Shown: positions 19,790-28,536 of the stretch, one piece after another
Numbering within the stretch: the first letter of the stretch is position 1
Layout of the letters: every line of letters starts with the position of its first letter
Virus record (IMG/VR): IMGVR_UViG_3300026097_000805
Location: 64,001-128,000 of that record
Reading direction: 5' to 3' (one strand)
Length of the DNA: 64,000 nt
From: a virus
Position numbers and translations under genes: made by a program
The notes under the pieces: generated by a model
Database searches by the model: none
What the model was told of the DNA's origin: nothing
Seen by the model: only the letters and a program-made list of their open reading frames with translations

Positions 19790-20503
19790 TTACAGCCTTT
19801 CAACTACCAATGTTTTTCCGGCGTTTTCGAATGTTAATTTTTGGCCGTATTTGGTTATGTTATAATCACCTATATATTTAGATAGAAAAATTATCTCGGC
19901 AAATTCATTTACATTAATACTTTCAGCGAGTGATTCTATTGTTTCGACTGTATCTCCAAAATCTACAAAACGGAAATTTAGTGGATCTGCATACTTTTTA
20001 TTGATTGTTAGAATGTCATCTGACATATCTACACTTTCTAGATAGCTTCTATTAAAGAAGTTTTTATAGTTTTCTAGATTTGATTCATTTACTTTAACAC
20101 CATAGTTATCAGGGTCTAATGGAACCTCTTCGTCAAGTGCTATCTGTGTTGCCGATTGGCTGCGCCAATTCTTATAATAGCGGAATTTAATATCATCTAA
20201 ATCTGCTAGCTTAGATACACCATCTACGATTTCCATTATGTTTTCAGTTGCGCCACGTTCTCTTTGCAGTTCTACAAATACTTTATAAGTACCGTCTTTT
20301 TGTTCTCCTGTAGTTGCATCTGCGTCTAGAACAAAACTGTATCCTGATTCTAAGAACTTTACAAGATCATCAGCGGGTGCTTTATCTTTGACACTAAAGC
20401 TAATAGTAATGATATTTTTATCATCACCCATTTTGCTTGCAAAACTATCAATTTCAAAGATGTGATATACTAGATCTTTTAAGTCGCCTGCTCTAAGTCC
20501 CAT
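19790..20503 (-). CDS. Hypothetical phage protein
   Basis: 237 aa; EIDSFASKMG, LDADATTGE. Confidence 0.8.
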   Translation of the reverse strand: MGLRAGDLKDLVYHIFEIDSFASKMGDDKNIITISFSVKDKAPADDLVKFLESGYSFVLDADATTGEQKDGTYKVFVELQRERGATENIMEIVDGVSKLADLDDIKFRYYKNWRSQSATQIALDEEVPLDPDNYGVKVNESNLENYKNFFNRSYLESVDMSDDILTINKKYADPLNFRFVDFGDTVETIESLAESINVNEFAEIIFLSKYIGDYNITKYGQKLTFENAGKTLVVERL

Positions 20504-20504
20504 A

Positions 20505-21065
20505 TTATATTGCTCCGTCTAATGGTAGTTCTCCACCGCCCGCTGGTGCCTCTCCCGGTGCAGGTGCTGCTGCCATATCTGCAGGTTGTGGAGCTACTTC
20601 TCCTGCTTGCGGAGTATCAGTAGCAGGTTCTAAACTTAGTTCTTCAATTTTAGAAGTCCCACCATAAACGTCTGCAATTAATTTTTTCGGCATTTTTATC
20701 TGCACCAACCAAATAGGATGTCGATCTAACTTACCTTTTTTTGAACCAGGACGAATGTCATCAGGTTCACGAATTTTTCTAGGTTTAATTACGTAATCTT
20801 TTTTATATCCAACTTTGCAATCATAATCGAGTAGTCTTTTGCCGCCCATAGGATCAGGCATTTTATTTCTGTCCCACATAAATGTGCATGTCACAAAATG
20901 TCTCGTTATTTTCGGACCAGCAGCTAATTCACCGTCTTGCCAATTTTCATAAACATAGACATCTAGCTCGTCTATAACTCTTTCAAAATCCTTCAGCACT
21001 TGAAATGCTGTGTTAGAGTCATAAATTCTTTCAATGTTTTGTACAATGTCAGCTGAATCTTGCAT
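20505..21065 (-). CDS. Hypothetical phage protein
   Basis: 186 aa; GATAAATA at 21092-21099 upstream. Confidence 0.8.
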   Translation of the reverse strand: MQDSADIVQNIERIYDSNTAFQVLKDFERVIDELDVYVYENWQDGELAAGPKITRHFVTCTFMWDRNKMPDPMGGKRLLDYDCKVGYKKDYVIKPRKIREPDDIRPGSKKGKLDRHPIWLVQIKMPKKLIADVYGGTSKIEELSLEPATDTPQAGEVAPQPADMAAAPAPGEAPAGGGELPLDGAI

Positions 21066-21215
21066 TTGGATATCCTATATTCTTACATACTTATTTATCG
21101 CATGTTAATCATTAACAATAAGTTTTTCTGCAGGACCTCTTAGCTAAATACTTTGTAGGGCAAATGCCCATCCGGCACAGTGTCCTATTTGAACCTAATC
21201 CATAAGGAGGACTTA

Positions 21216-21932
21216 ATGGGTGCAAAAAGAAAGTCTCGTCAGAGACAGGATAACTTCTCAAACGTTGTAAATATCAACACTTTCACTAAAAAACAATCAG
21301 TCCAGATACTTCCAAGAAATAGGAATCAAGAGCAATATGTACTAAAACTGTTAGACCCAAAGAAAGATATTGTCTTTGGTATTGGTCCTGCAGGCACAGG
21401 TAAAACACTGCTAGCAGTACAAGTTGCAGTAAAACTATTCAAAGAAGGCACAATCGACAAAATTATTGTGACAAGGCCAGCAGTTAGTGTAGACGAAGAT
21501 CTAGGATTTTTACCAGGCACACTAGAGCAGAAAATGGCACCATGGACCAGGCCAATTTTTGATGTATTAAGAGAGTACTTTAATGCAAAAGAAATCGAAG
21601 GCATGATCGAAGAAGGAATTATAGAAATAGCGCCTCTGGCATATATGAGAGGACGAACTTTTAAAAATAGTTTTATTCTAGCAGATGAGATGCAAAATGC
21701 AACCCCAAACCAAATGAAAATGCTTTTAACAAGATTAGGAGAAGGCTCAATGATGGCCGTTACAGGCGACCTAGCTCAAGCAGATAGGCTCAAGGATAAT
21801 GGTTTAATTGACTTCACTAAACTGTTAGAATCAAGCAATTCAGCCCATTTGGACATAGTCCACTTTGAACAAGGAGATATTGAAAGACACGAGGCAGTGA
21901 AAGAGGTACTAAAAGTTTACGGAGACGAATAA
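21216..21932 (+). CDS. phoH: PhoH-family ATPase
   Basis: GPAGTGKT, RPAV, LGFLPG, YMRGRTF, DEMQN, GDLAQAD; AGGAGG before ATG 21216. Confidence 0.95.
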   Translation: MGAKRKSRQRQDNFSNVVNINTFTKKQSVQILPRNRNQEQYVLKLLDPKKDIVFGIGPAGTGKTLLAVQVAVKLFKEGTIDKIIVTRPAVSVDEDLGFLPGTLEQKMAPWTRPIFDVLREYFNAKEIEGMIEEGIIEIAPLAYMRGRTFKNSFILADEMQNATPNQMKMLLTRLGEGSMMAVTGDLAQADRLKDNGLIDFTKLLESSNSAHLDIVHFEQGDIERHEAVKEVLKVYGDE

Positions 21933-22297
21933 ACTCTTTCCCATGTATGTTCGGCAGTTAATTTAAAACTGCCGAACAATTTCTTCTCCCATTTTTCAGG
22001 TTCGATCATACTTAAAAATAATCCATCATTACCTTCATAAAGGTAGTACACATTTCCTACTACAGGATTAAAGTTACAACGAGCACTGTATACCATTTCG
22101 GTGTCTTCAGCAAGCCTGCATAGTCTAAAATACTCCTCCTTTAGTTGTTCGAATTTTGTTTCAAGTTGATGTGTAGCATTGACACCCCTCTCTTTTTTTC
22201 GGCCTATAACATCGGGCACAGTAAACGCCGGCGCACCTACATTAGTAGGATAATTCATTGACATAGGATTAGCAACTACATTGTCGGGTTTTTTCAT
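21917..22297 (-). CDS. DUF2452-like protein
   Basis: YPTNVGAPAF, F.PVVGNVYYLY, FLSMIEPEKW. Confidence 0.65.
   Translation of the reverse strand: MKKPDNVVANPMSMNYPTNVGAPAFTVPDVIGRKKERGVNATHQLETKFEQLKEEYFRLCRLAEDTEMVYSARCNFNPVVGNVYYLYEGNDGLFLSMIEPEKWEKKLFGSFKLTAEHTWERVYSSP
21948..21978. terminator. 12-bp perfect hairpin between convergent genes
   Basis: TGTTCGGCAGTT-7 nt-AACTGCCGAACA, 15 nt after the phoH stop. Confidence 0.55.
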
Positions 22298-22605
22298 TCT
22301 TGAAACAATCTTCCATATTTGCTGGCCCAGGTCATCTGCCTGTAAATTCTTGCCCTATGGGCGTATAAGTCTTTTTTTTTTGAATCGTAGCTTAACTGAT
22401 ATACAAGATATTCGTTAGGTGTAAGAATACGGTCCCACGACAATCCTTTGATAGGCGGACGTCCCATTGAATCGTAAAATGTTTTTATAAGCACATACTT
22501 CTTGCCAGGCCATACAAGTTTACCAGAGGCTGTGCGCTTCCACCACCAAGCACGTTTTTCTTCCGCTCGTTCTTGAGGATCGCCCACGGCGTTAGCACCC
22601 ATCAT
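22294..22605 (-). CDS. Hypothetical protein
   Basis: 4-nt overlaps with both neighbours. Confidence 0.6.
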   Translation of the reverse strand: MMGANAVGDPQERAEEKRAWWWKRTASGKLVWPGKKYVLIKTFYDSMGRPPIKGLSWDRILTPNEYLVYQLSYDSKKKDLYAHRARIYRQMTWASKYGRLFQE

Positions 22606-23456
22606 ACAGCCATTGGCGCCTTAATACTATCCATTGGATTATAGTTTAAAAGTTTGTAGTCATTTACGTTTGTTTCTAAAATACGATCCAAACTTCCAAA
22701 CGCAGGCATTTCAAGTTTAGGCATTTTTTTAGGTCTACGTTTGATTTGCTGTTCTACTTGTTCGATGTGGTTATTATAAATATGACAGTCCCCGCCAGTC
22801 CATATAAACTCGCCTACTTCTAGTCCACAAATTTGTGCAATCATGTGGGTAAGCAAACTATAGCTTGCAATATTAAACGGAACGCCTAAAAACATATCAG
22901 CACTACGCTGATATAGTTGACAACTTATTTTGCCATTGATTATTCTAAACTGTGCCATTGTATGACAAGGCGGAAGTGCCATTTCAGGAATCTCTGGAAC
23001 ATTCCATGCATTTAAAATTATACGTCTACTGTCAGCATTAGTATTGATTTCATCTATAATCTTAGCAATCTGGTCAACACCGCCAAAGTTGCGCCATTGT
23101 TTGCCGTATACAGGTCCTAAAGCTTTAATAGTATCCGTATTAGTATAACCTAGTTCTTTACCTTGTGCATCTGCATTAGCTGTCCAAATAGTATTTTTTC
23201 CATTTAGATTTTCCCTAGTATCTCCGTAAAGGATTTCGGCAAGCCTGCGCTCATCTGTGCCTCCTTCTAAAAACCATAAAAGTTCGCTTACTACACTCTT
23301 CCAGGCAAGACGTTTTGTGGTCACAGCAGGAAATCCTTTTTGCAGATCAAAACGCATTTGATAGCCGAATACTGTAAGTGTCCCTACACCTGTACGGTCA
23401 TTAACTTGTTCTCCGTTTTTTAGAACGTATTTTAATGCATCTAAATATTGTTTCAT
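22602..23456 (-). CDS. thyA: Thymidylate synthase
   Basis: DRTGVGT, MALPPCH, YQRSADMFLGVPFNIASY; TAATG coupling to DHFR. Confidence 0.97.
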   Translation of the reverse strand: MKQYLDALKYVLKNGEQVNDRTGVGTLTVFGYQMRFDLQKGFPAVTTKRLAWKSVVSELLWFLEGGTDERRLAEILYGDTRENLNGKNTIWTANADAQGKELGYTNTDTIKALGPVYGKQWRNFGGVDQIAKIIDEINTNADSRRIILNAWNVPEIPEMALPPCHTMAQFRIINGKISCQLYQRSADMFLGVPFNIASYSLLTHMIAQICGLEVGEFIWTGGDCHIYNNHIEQVEQQIKRRPKKMPKLEMPAFGSLDRILETNVNDYKLLNYNPMDSIKAPMAV

Positions 23457-23938
23457 TACTTCTTCCAAATTTGAAATGTGACTTCAGGATGTTCTTCCTC
23501 ATGTGTCAAAAAGAATTTTTCCTCGATAGCTTCTAATGGCAAATATGCATCGCATTCAAACTCTCCGGGAATACGACTGATGTAAAACTCGTCGATAATA
23601 TCTAAAGTTTGTTCAATAATCTTAGGGCCGCCGATGATCCAAGTAATCAAGCTGCTATACTTTTGTTCGACACTGCGTATACCTTCAACTACATCACCGT
23701 TGATAAAATCATCTGCTAGTGGACAGTTTTCAGGCTTGCTGGTCACAACAACGTTCTTGCGCTTAGGCATAGGCTTGGGCATATCCGGGTCAAGATATGT
23801 TGCACTGCCCATTACTACCACGTGTCCTAAAGTATTGTCTTTAAACCATTGGAAGTCTCGCTTGACGTGTGGCCATGGCAGTGTGCCTTTGTTTCCTACT
23901 CCGCCTTTTTCGTCACACGCTAAGATTGCTTTTATCAT
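23456..23938 (-). CDS. folA: Dihydrofolate reductase
   Basis: [25 protein letters not shown]. Confidence 0.92.
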   Translation of the reverse strand: MIKAILACDEKGGVGNKGTLPWPHVKRDFQWFKDNTLGHVVVMGSATYLDPDMPKPMPKRKNVVVTSKPENCPLADDFINGDVVEGIRSVEQKYSSLITWIIGGPKIIEQTLDIIDEFYISRIPGEFECDAYLPLEAIEEKFFLTHEEEHPEVTFQIWKK

Positions 23939-24294
23939 TCTATCTCCATTATGGGTATACTCTTTTCGATATATTGTTCGTACTTGTTAGGAATACCGTT
24001 AAATTTCTCTGCATCTGGAGGAGAATCTTTTACTTCTGTGATATTTTCTCCCTGACCGCTAAGAACTTCGTTAATAGCATACCATTTATCGTGTTCTGCA
24101 CCTTCTAGTGCATTATCAGGAACAATTGCATCTACAGGACATTCCGGCTCGCATACTCCGCAATCAATACATTCAAGAGGATTAATCACTAGCATATCGT
24201 CTACTTCGTAGAAACAGTCTACAGGACAAACTGAGACACAGTCTGTATGCTTACATTTTACACAATTATCTGTGACTAGATATGTCATTGGCAA
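23935..24294 (-). CDS. fdxA: 7Fe (FdxA-type) ferredoxin
   Basis: [18 protein letters not shown] and [16 protein letters not shown]. Confidence 0.92.
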   Translation of the reverse strand: MPMTYLVTDNCVKCKHTDCVSVCPVDCFYEVDDMLVINPLECIDCGVCEPECPVDAIVPDNALEGAEHDKWYAINEVLSGQGENITEVKDSPPDAEKFNGIPNKYEQYIEKSIPIMEIE

Positions 24295-24383
24295 AGATCC
24301 TCATACATGATAGTATACTGTCTGTGTTTGCTCATATCACGTTTAAACACAGGTACAAATTCTAATAACTTTTTTAAAATCAT

Positions 24384-25298
24384 TTAAATCCTCGCCAGGC
24401 GAATAAGTGTCGCCGCTAAATTTATTTCAGGGTCTGCTACTAGCGTATGATCTACTAGCCCTTGTTTAATAGTTAGTACTGCGGTATCTTGTTGTTCTTC
24501 ATTTCCGAACAACGTAATATTGTCATACAGCCAGCGATAGATTTCTTCCATCTCTTCTGGACGCACTGCACCACACAACAGTTTACGTGCATCTTGAATC
24601 TTGCCTGCTTTAAACAGTTCTACCATTTCAATCTTCCAGTCTTGCTCTCCTGTGTCACCTTCGTGTGGTGCAAGCAAAACTCCATCCTGACAGTTCATCT
24701 GTACTGTGTTGATGCACTTTCTTAAGTCTGGATATGTTGCTTTGACATAAGTGTCGAGAGTATCCAAATCCGGAGTGATACCTTCAGTGATGAGGATCTC
24801 AGCGACCCTAGCAGTAAATTCTGTTTGATCGATCTTGGCAATATGGAAACCTTGGCACCTACTATGCAAAGCCGGAATAATACGGTTAGGATAATTGCAA
24901 GTAAGGATAAAACGTGCAGTAGTATGATACTCCTCCATAACTCCACGTAGTGCTGCCTGTGCGTTTGGAGATAAGTAATCTGCCTCATCTAATAATACCA
25001 CCTTAAAGTCGCCAAACGGAATCATTTGTACAAAGTTTACAATCTTATCGCGTACATCATCCACACTGTTTGTTCGCGATGCGTTAATTTCTAAGATGTC
25101 TAAGTCGTTGATGTCCAACTCATTAAACAACAGTTTAGCAAGTGTAGTCTTACCAATACCTGCATTACCACTAAACAGCAAATGCGGAATAGTTTTGTCT
25201 TTGATCCATGTGTTTACCTGTGCTCGTTGTGCTTCATCACGAAACACATAACCGCCTACTGTTTTAGGACGATACTTTTCTACCCATAATTCTTTCAT
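24384..25298 (-). CDS. Sliding-clamp loader ATPase subunit (gp44/RFC-small-like)
   Basis: LWVEKYRP, GNAGIGKTT, LDEAD, SRC. Confidence 0.93.
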   Translation of the reverse strand: MKELWVEKYRPKTVGGYVFRDEAQRAQVNTWIKDKTIPHLLFSGNAGIGKTTLAKLLFNELDINDLDILEINASRTNSVDDVRDKIVNFVQMIPFGDFKVVLLDEADYLSPNAQAALRGVMEEYHTTARFILTCNYPNRIIPALHSRCQGFHIAKIDQTEFTARVAEILITEGITPDLDTLDTYVKATYPDLRKCINTVQMNCQDGVLLAPHEGDTGEQDWKIEMVELFKAGKIQDARKLLCGAVRPEEMEEIYRWLYDNITLFGNEEQQDTAVLTIKQGLVDHTLVADPEINLAATLIRLARI

Positions 25299-25459
25299 TC
25301 GTCTGCCTTCTTTTTCTTACTACCATAAAAACTACGTTTAAATTCAAGATTCTCTGTACGCTCTCCGGGAGGACATTTAGTAATAGTGCCGCCTTTGTCC
25401 AAGTATTCTTGTAATTGTTCTTTGGTTAACCCGCCATCTTTTGATTGTCGATCTATCAT
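25295..25459 (-). CDS. 54-aa protein, SutA-like RNAP-binding motif candidate (not in ORF track)
   Basis: QLQEYLDKGGTITKCPPG; ATGA overlaps at both ends. Confidence 0.55.
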   Translation of the reverse strand: MIDRQSKDGGLTKEQLQEYLDKGGTITKCPPGERTENLEFKRSFYGSKKKKADE

Positions 25460-26001
25460 CTTGCCTTTACTCCAAAATGTTTATATGATTGTTGTACACA
25501 TTTAGCCTGATAATAACAGTCTGCTAATGCATTGTGAAGACTTTCTTGTATTGCTTTACGCGGATCTTGAGGCATCATAGCAAACAATGTTCTACTATCT
25601 CTAATCTGCCAGTAATTCCATGGAGCAGGTTTTTCTGCTTCTTTGTATAAATGTTGCAATATTACAAAGTCAAATGTAGGACCTTGACACCAAATGTAAT
25701 CTAGTCCAACACACCATTTGTTTAATTGACGTAGCATTTCTTGGACACTTACTCTTTCTAAGTCTTCGCTAAATGCTTCATCTTGAATTTCTTGAGGCTG
25801 TTTGCTCCACCAAGCAAGTGTATTATCATCAATACTACGATTATAGTCAGTAGTTTGTTCCTCAACGTCGCCTCGTAGATATAGAGGACTATGCGGTTCT
25901 GCATCTGTAAACGGGTCAAACTTAATAGCACCTAGCGTCATAACAACACTGTCAGGCTCTACACCTAGTGTTTCTAAGTCAATCATTCCATGTGTAGCCA
26001 A
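25456..26001 (-). CDS. DEDDh 3'-5' exonuclease (Rv2179c-like)
   Basis: MIDLETL, FDFVIL, HNALADC. Confidence 0.85.
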   Translation of the reverse strand: MATHGMIDLETLGVEPDSVVMTLGAIKFDPFTDAEPHSPLYLRGDVEEQTTDYNRSIDDNTLAWWSKQPQEIQDEAFSEDLERVSVQEMLRQLNKWCVGLDYIWCQGPTFDFVILQHLYKEAEKPAPWNYWQIRDSRTLFAMMPQDPRKAIQESLHNALADCYYQAKCVQQSYKHFGVKAR

Positions 26002-26028
26002 AAGAAAACTCCTAACAATTTATACTAT

Positions 26029-26057
26029 ATTATAGCGTATAAACTGTTAGGAGTCAA
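26029..26057 (-). promoter_or_regulatory. Sigma70-type promoter
   Basis: TTGACT-17 nt-TATAAT. Confidence 0.75.
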
Positions 26058-26060
26058 GTA

Positions 26061-26414
26061 TTATTTTACAAACTGTGCTAGTTCTGGAGCCTTCCAACCT
26101 TCTGGCTTGAGCACTTTACCGTCTTCACGCTTGCGTACCTTGCCTGTTTCTGGATCAATCTTTGCAAAGTTTGTGTCCATTACTTCTCGCCAAGCAGCTT
26201 CACTATCCCAGCCTGCTGCTCTAATAGCACCCATAGTAACAACTAAGATGTCCACTAGTGCATCGAGTTGTTCTACCTTGTCATTTGCTGCTACAGCATC
26301 AACAAGTTCTGCCACTTCTTCGTCAATAAGCGACAAGTACATTTTGTAGTTTGCGTCACTAGGTTCTTGGTCACACGCTGTCTGAAACGTGTCAATATCT
26401 TTAAATGGATTCAT
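26061..26414 (-). CDS. MazG-like/all-alpha NTP pyrophosphohydrolase
   Basis: LIDEEVAEL, LDALVDIL, TNFAK, REDGKVLKPEGW. Confidence 0.85.
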   Translation of the reverse strand: MNPFKDIDTFQTACDQEPSDANYKMYLSLIDEEVAELVDAVAANDKVEQLDALVDILVVTMGAIRAAGWDSEAAWREVMDTNFAKIDPETGKVRKREDGKVLKPEGWKAPELAQFVK

Positions 26415-26423
26415 TTTTTCCTC

Positions 26424-26822
26424 TTAAACAAATGCGCTCGGGTCTACAGTTGCATGTTCACCGTCATTATACTCGGCTCCAATTTGGACGCCTGCAGGCT
26501 TTTCATCGGAGAACGCAAGTATACTTTCTGCCTCAACCATACGTATATCCTTTTCGCCTTGAGAAGTTTCAATTTTCATACTCCGTGTCCATCTGCCATG
26601 TTCTATAAGGATCCAATCTCCAATGTTATATTCATCTAAATTGTCAGGACCTTTTGAGTATACTTTACCCCAACGCGGATATATTCCCCTAGTTGTTCCG
26701 TCATCGTCTTTTATGATTAATCCGCTAGCAGTTTTTTGCTCTCCAAAGTACATATCAACTACTAGAACTCTATTTCCGATTGCTCGTAGTTCACCTTTAA
26801 TTGTATTTAAATTAATAGCCAT
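26424..26822 (-). CDS. GroES-like co-chaperonin
   Basis: LRAIGNRVLV, KTASGLII, G-x-V-x-x-x-GP. Confidence 0.8.
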   Translation of the reverse strand: MAINLNTIKGELRAIGNRVLVVDMYFGEQKTASGLIIKDDDGTTRGIYPRWGKVYSKGPDNLDEYNIGDWILIEHGRWTRSMKIETSQGEKDIRMVEAESILAFSDEKPAGVQIGAEYNDGEHATVDPSAFV

Positions 26823-27142
26823 TATTCACCTTTTTTTATAAAGTTTCCGTCATCGTCTTCTTCCCACTCTGCTAATTCAGCAGCAGTTGGTTCAGTAGTA
26901 GTTGCACCTTTTTTAACCGCATGTTCGTCTACTACACCTTGGCTTGATGCATAATAATCTTTTAGCACTTCTTCTTTCTTTCGGACAATTTGACCACCAG
27001 AACCTAGTTCGTCGCCTCGAGCATTTACCTTAGCATTACCTACAGCAGGGGTTAATTCATTACGCTGACGCAGCAAGTCCATGTCAATTTGTTTACCTTG
27101 CATACTTTTGTAGACCTTGCGGCCTGTTTGTTTCATTGGCAT
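26822..27142 (-). CDS. Hypothetical phage protein
   Basis: GKQIDMDLLR, AVGNAKVNARGDELG; GATAAGTA upstream. Confidence 0.75.
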   Translation of the reverse strand: MPMKQTGRKVYKSMQGKQIDMDLLRQRNELTPAVGNAKVNARGDELGSGGQIVRKKEEVLKDYYASSQGVVDEHAVKKGATTTEPTAAELAEWEEDDDGNFIKKGE

Positions 27143-27169
27143 TTTGTATACCTCCTAATATATACTTAC

Positions 27170-27688
27170 TTATCTCAAGAACTCTTGCCAATCCAGGCCA
27201 TACTGGATTGAATTGATACGATGTACACCTATCAAATACAGTACATAACTTGCTACACTTGATCCACGTCCTACACCCCATACAATATCATTCTCACGCA
27301 TGTAGTCTACAAGATAGATCATATAGCGTAAAAGATTTCCCATGCCACGCTTTTCAAACTCATTTAATTCTTCAAAGCATCTTTCAAAATATTCGCCTGG
27401 ACATTTTTTAATAACGTAATCACGCACATCCATATTCTTGTATTCATCGGGCATAAACCATTCACCTTGACATACACCGTCAAAAGTCTTTTGATCTACA
27501 TCTAGGGGAATATACTTTTGTAGTTTGTCTAGACCCTGTTCTTCCATAGCGGCATTGAACTTGTCTACATCATCGTCGGCATCACACAATACCACATGCA
27601 CTTTGTCCGCATGGCCACTATAGATCATATCGACAAGATCGCGATTAGAGAATCGTGGAATACCTAGTTCATCTGTTTTCATAAGCAT
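27170..27688 (-). CDS. Stand-alone DNA polymerase III alpha (DnaE) fragment
   Basis: GVGRGSSVASYVLYLIGVHRINSI matches the DnaE GRGSAAGSLV motif; stops before the catalytic PDxDxD. Confidence 0.8.
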   Translation of the reverse strand: MLMKTDELGIPRFSNRDLVDMIYSGHADKVHVVLCDADDDVDKFNAAMEEQGLDKLQKYIPLDVDQKTFDGVCQGEWFMPDEYKNMDVRDYVIKKCPGEYFERCFEELNEFEKRGMGNLLRYMIYLVDYMRENDIVWGVGRGSSVASYVLYLIGVHRINSIQYGLDWQEFLR

Positions 27689-27697
27689 GCACTTAGT

Positions 27698-27934
27698 TTA
27701 ATTGATATTGATTAAATTGTCAAGTCCGTTTTCACCGGTTTGTTCTTGATCTTTTAGTTTGGCTTTTGCTGTGCGTAATTGTAATTCTTGTTTATACATA
27801 TCTAAAATTACAGAAATCTGCTGTTGCACTTGGGGATTGCGAGAAATAAAATATTTCCTAGATAATTCGGAAACTTTATTTTCAATCTCTGAATCACTTA
27901 GGTCATTAAAATTATCTACTAGCGGGTTAAACAT
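27698..27934 (-). CDS. Hypothetical protein
   Basis: MFNPLVDNFNDLSDSEIE coiled-coil protein, coupled to the upstream gene. Confidence 0.75.
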   Translation of the reverse strand: MFNPLVDNFNDLSDSEIENKVSELSRKYFISRNPQVQQQISVILDMYKQELQLRTAKAKLKDQEQTGENGLDNLININ

Positions 27935-28503
27935 TAACTAAATGATCCATACGATTGACGCAAAACTGTTAATCCTGCATCTGAAGTCCAAAAATCTACA
28001 ATAACAGGATTAGAGTCACTAACCACAGTAAACGATCCGGGCCAGTCAGTATGACTTTTGAATGATCCGCCTCCGCCTGCGGCCCACGAAATAGTATAAG
28101 TGGCCGTACCATCAGTAACAATTTCTAAACGTAATTTCGCAAGTTTTCCTGACTCTGGCCAATCCGTTAGTGTAAGTGTTAGATTGCCGCCTACTTCTAC
28201 TTTTTGATAATGACCATTTGCAAAACTAATATTTTGACTAGTGGTAATATTACCTGTTTCATAAACAGTTTCTGTAGTTGCAATGAAATCAGCTTCCTGG
28301 ATTTTATTCCCATTAAAATCATTGTCAGCATTTTTCTTAGCTGTATTGGTATCTAAGCTTGCTAGATCGGCTGCTGCTGCACTTAGGCTGTTTTTGATTG
28401 ATGTAAAGTTGTCACGAAACCCCTGCGAATCATTATCTACACCTGCAACAGGATATGTTGCATCAATATCGTTAATAGTAGTTGTGCTTATTGTAATGGC
28501 CAT
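27934..28503 (-). CDS. Virion structural protein (baseplate/tail)
   Basis: IDATYPVAGVDNDSQGFRDNF; beta-rich; late motif upstream. Confidence 0.7.
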   Translation of the reverse strand: MAITISTTTINDIDATYPVAGVDNDSQGFRDNFTSIKNSLSAAAADLASLDTNTAKKNADNDFNGNKIQEADFIATTETVYETGNITTSQNISFANGHYQKVEVGGNLTLTLTDWPESGKLAKLRLEIVTDGTATYTISWAAGGGGSFKSHTDWPGSFTVVSDSNPVIVDFWTSDAGLTVLRQSYGSFS

Positions 28504-28536
28504 TTATTATTTCTCCTGCAACATTATTTATCGTAG

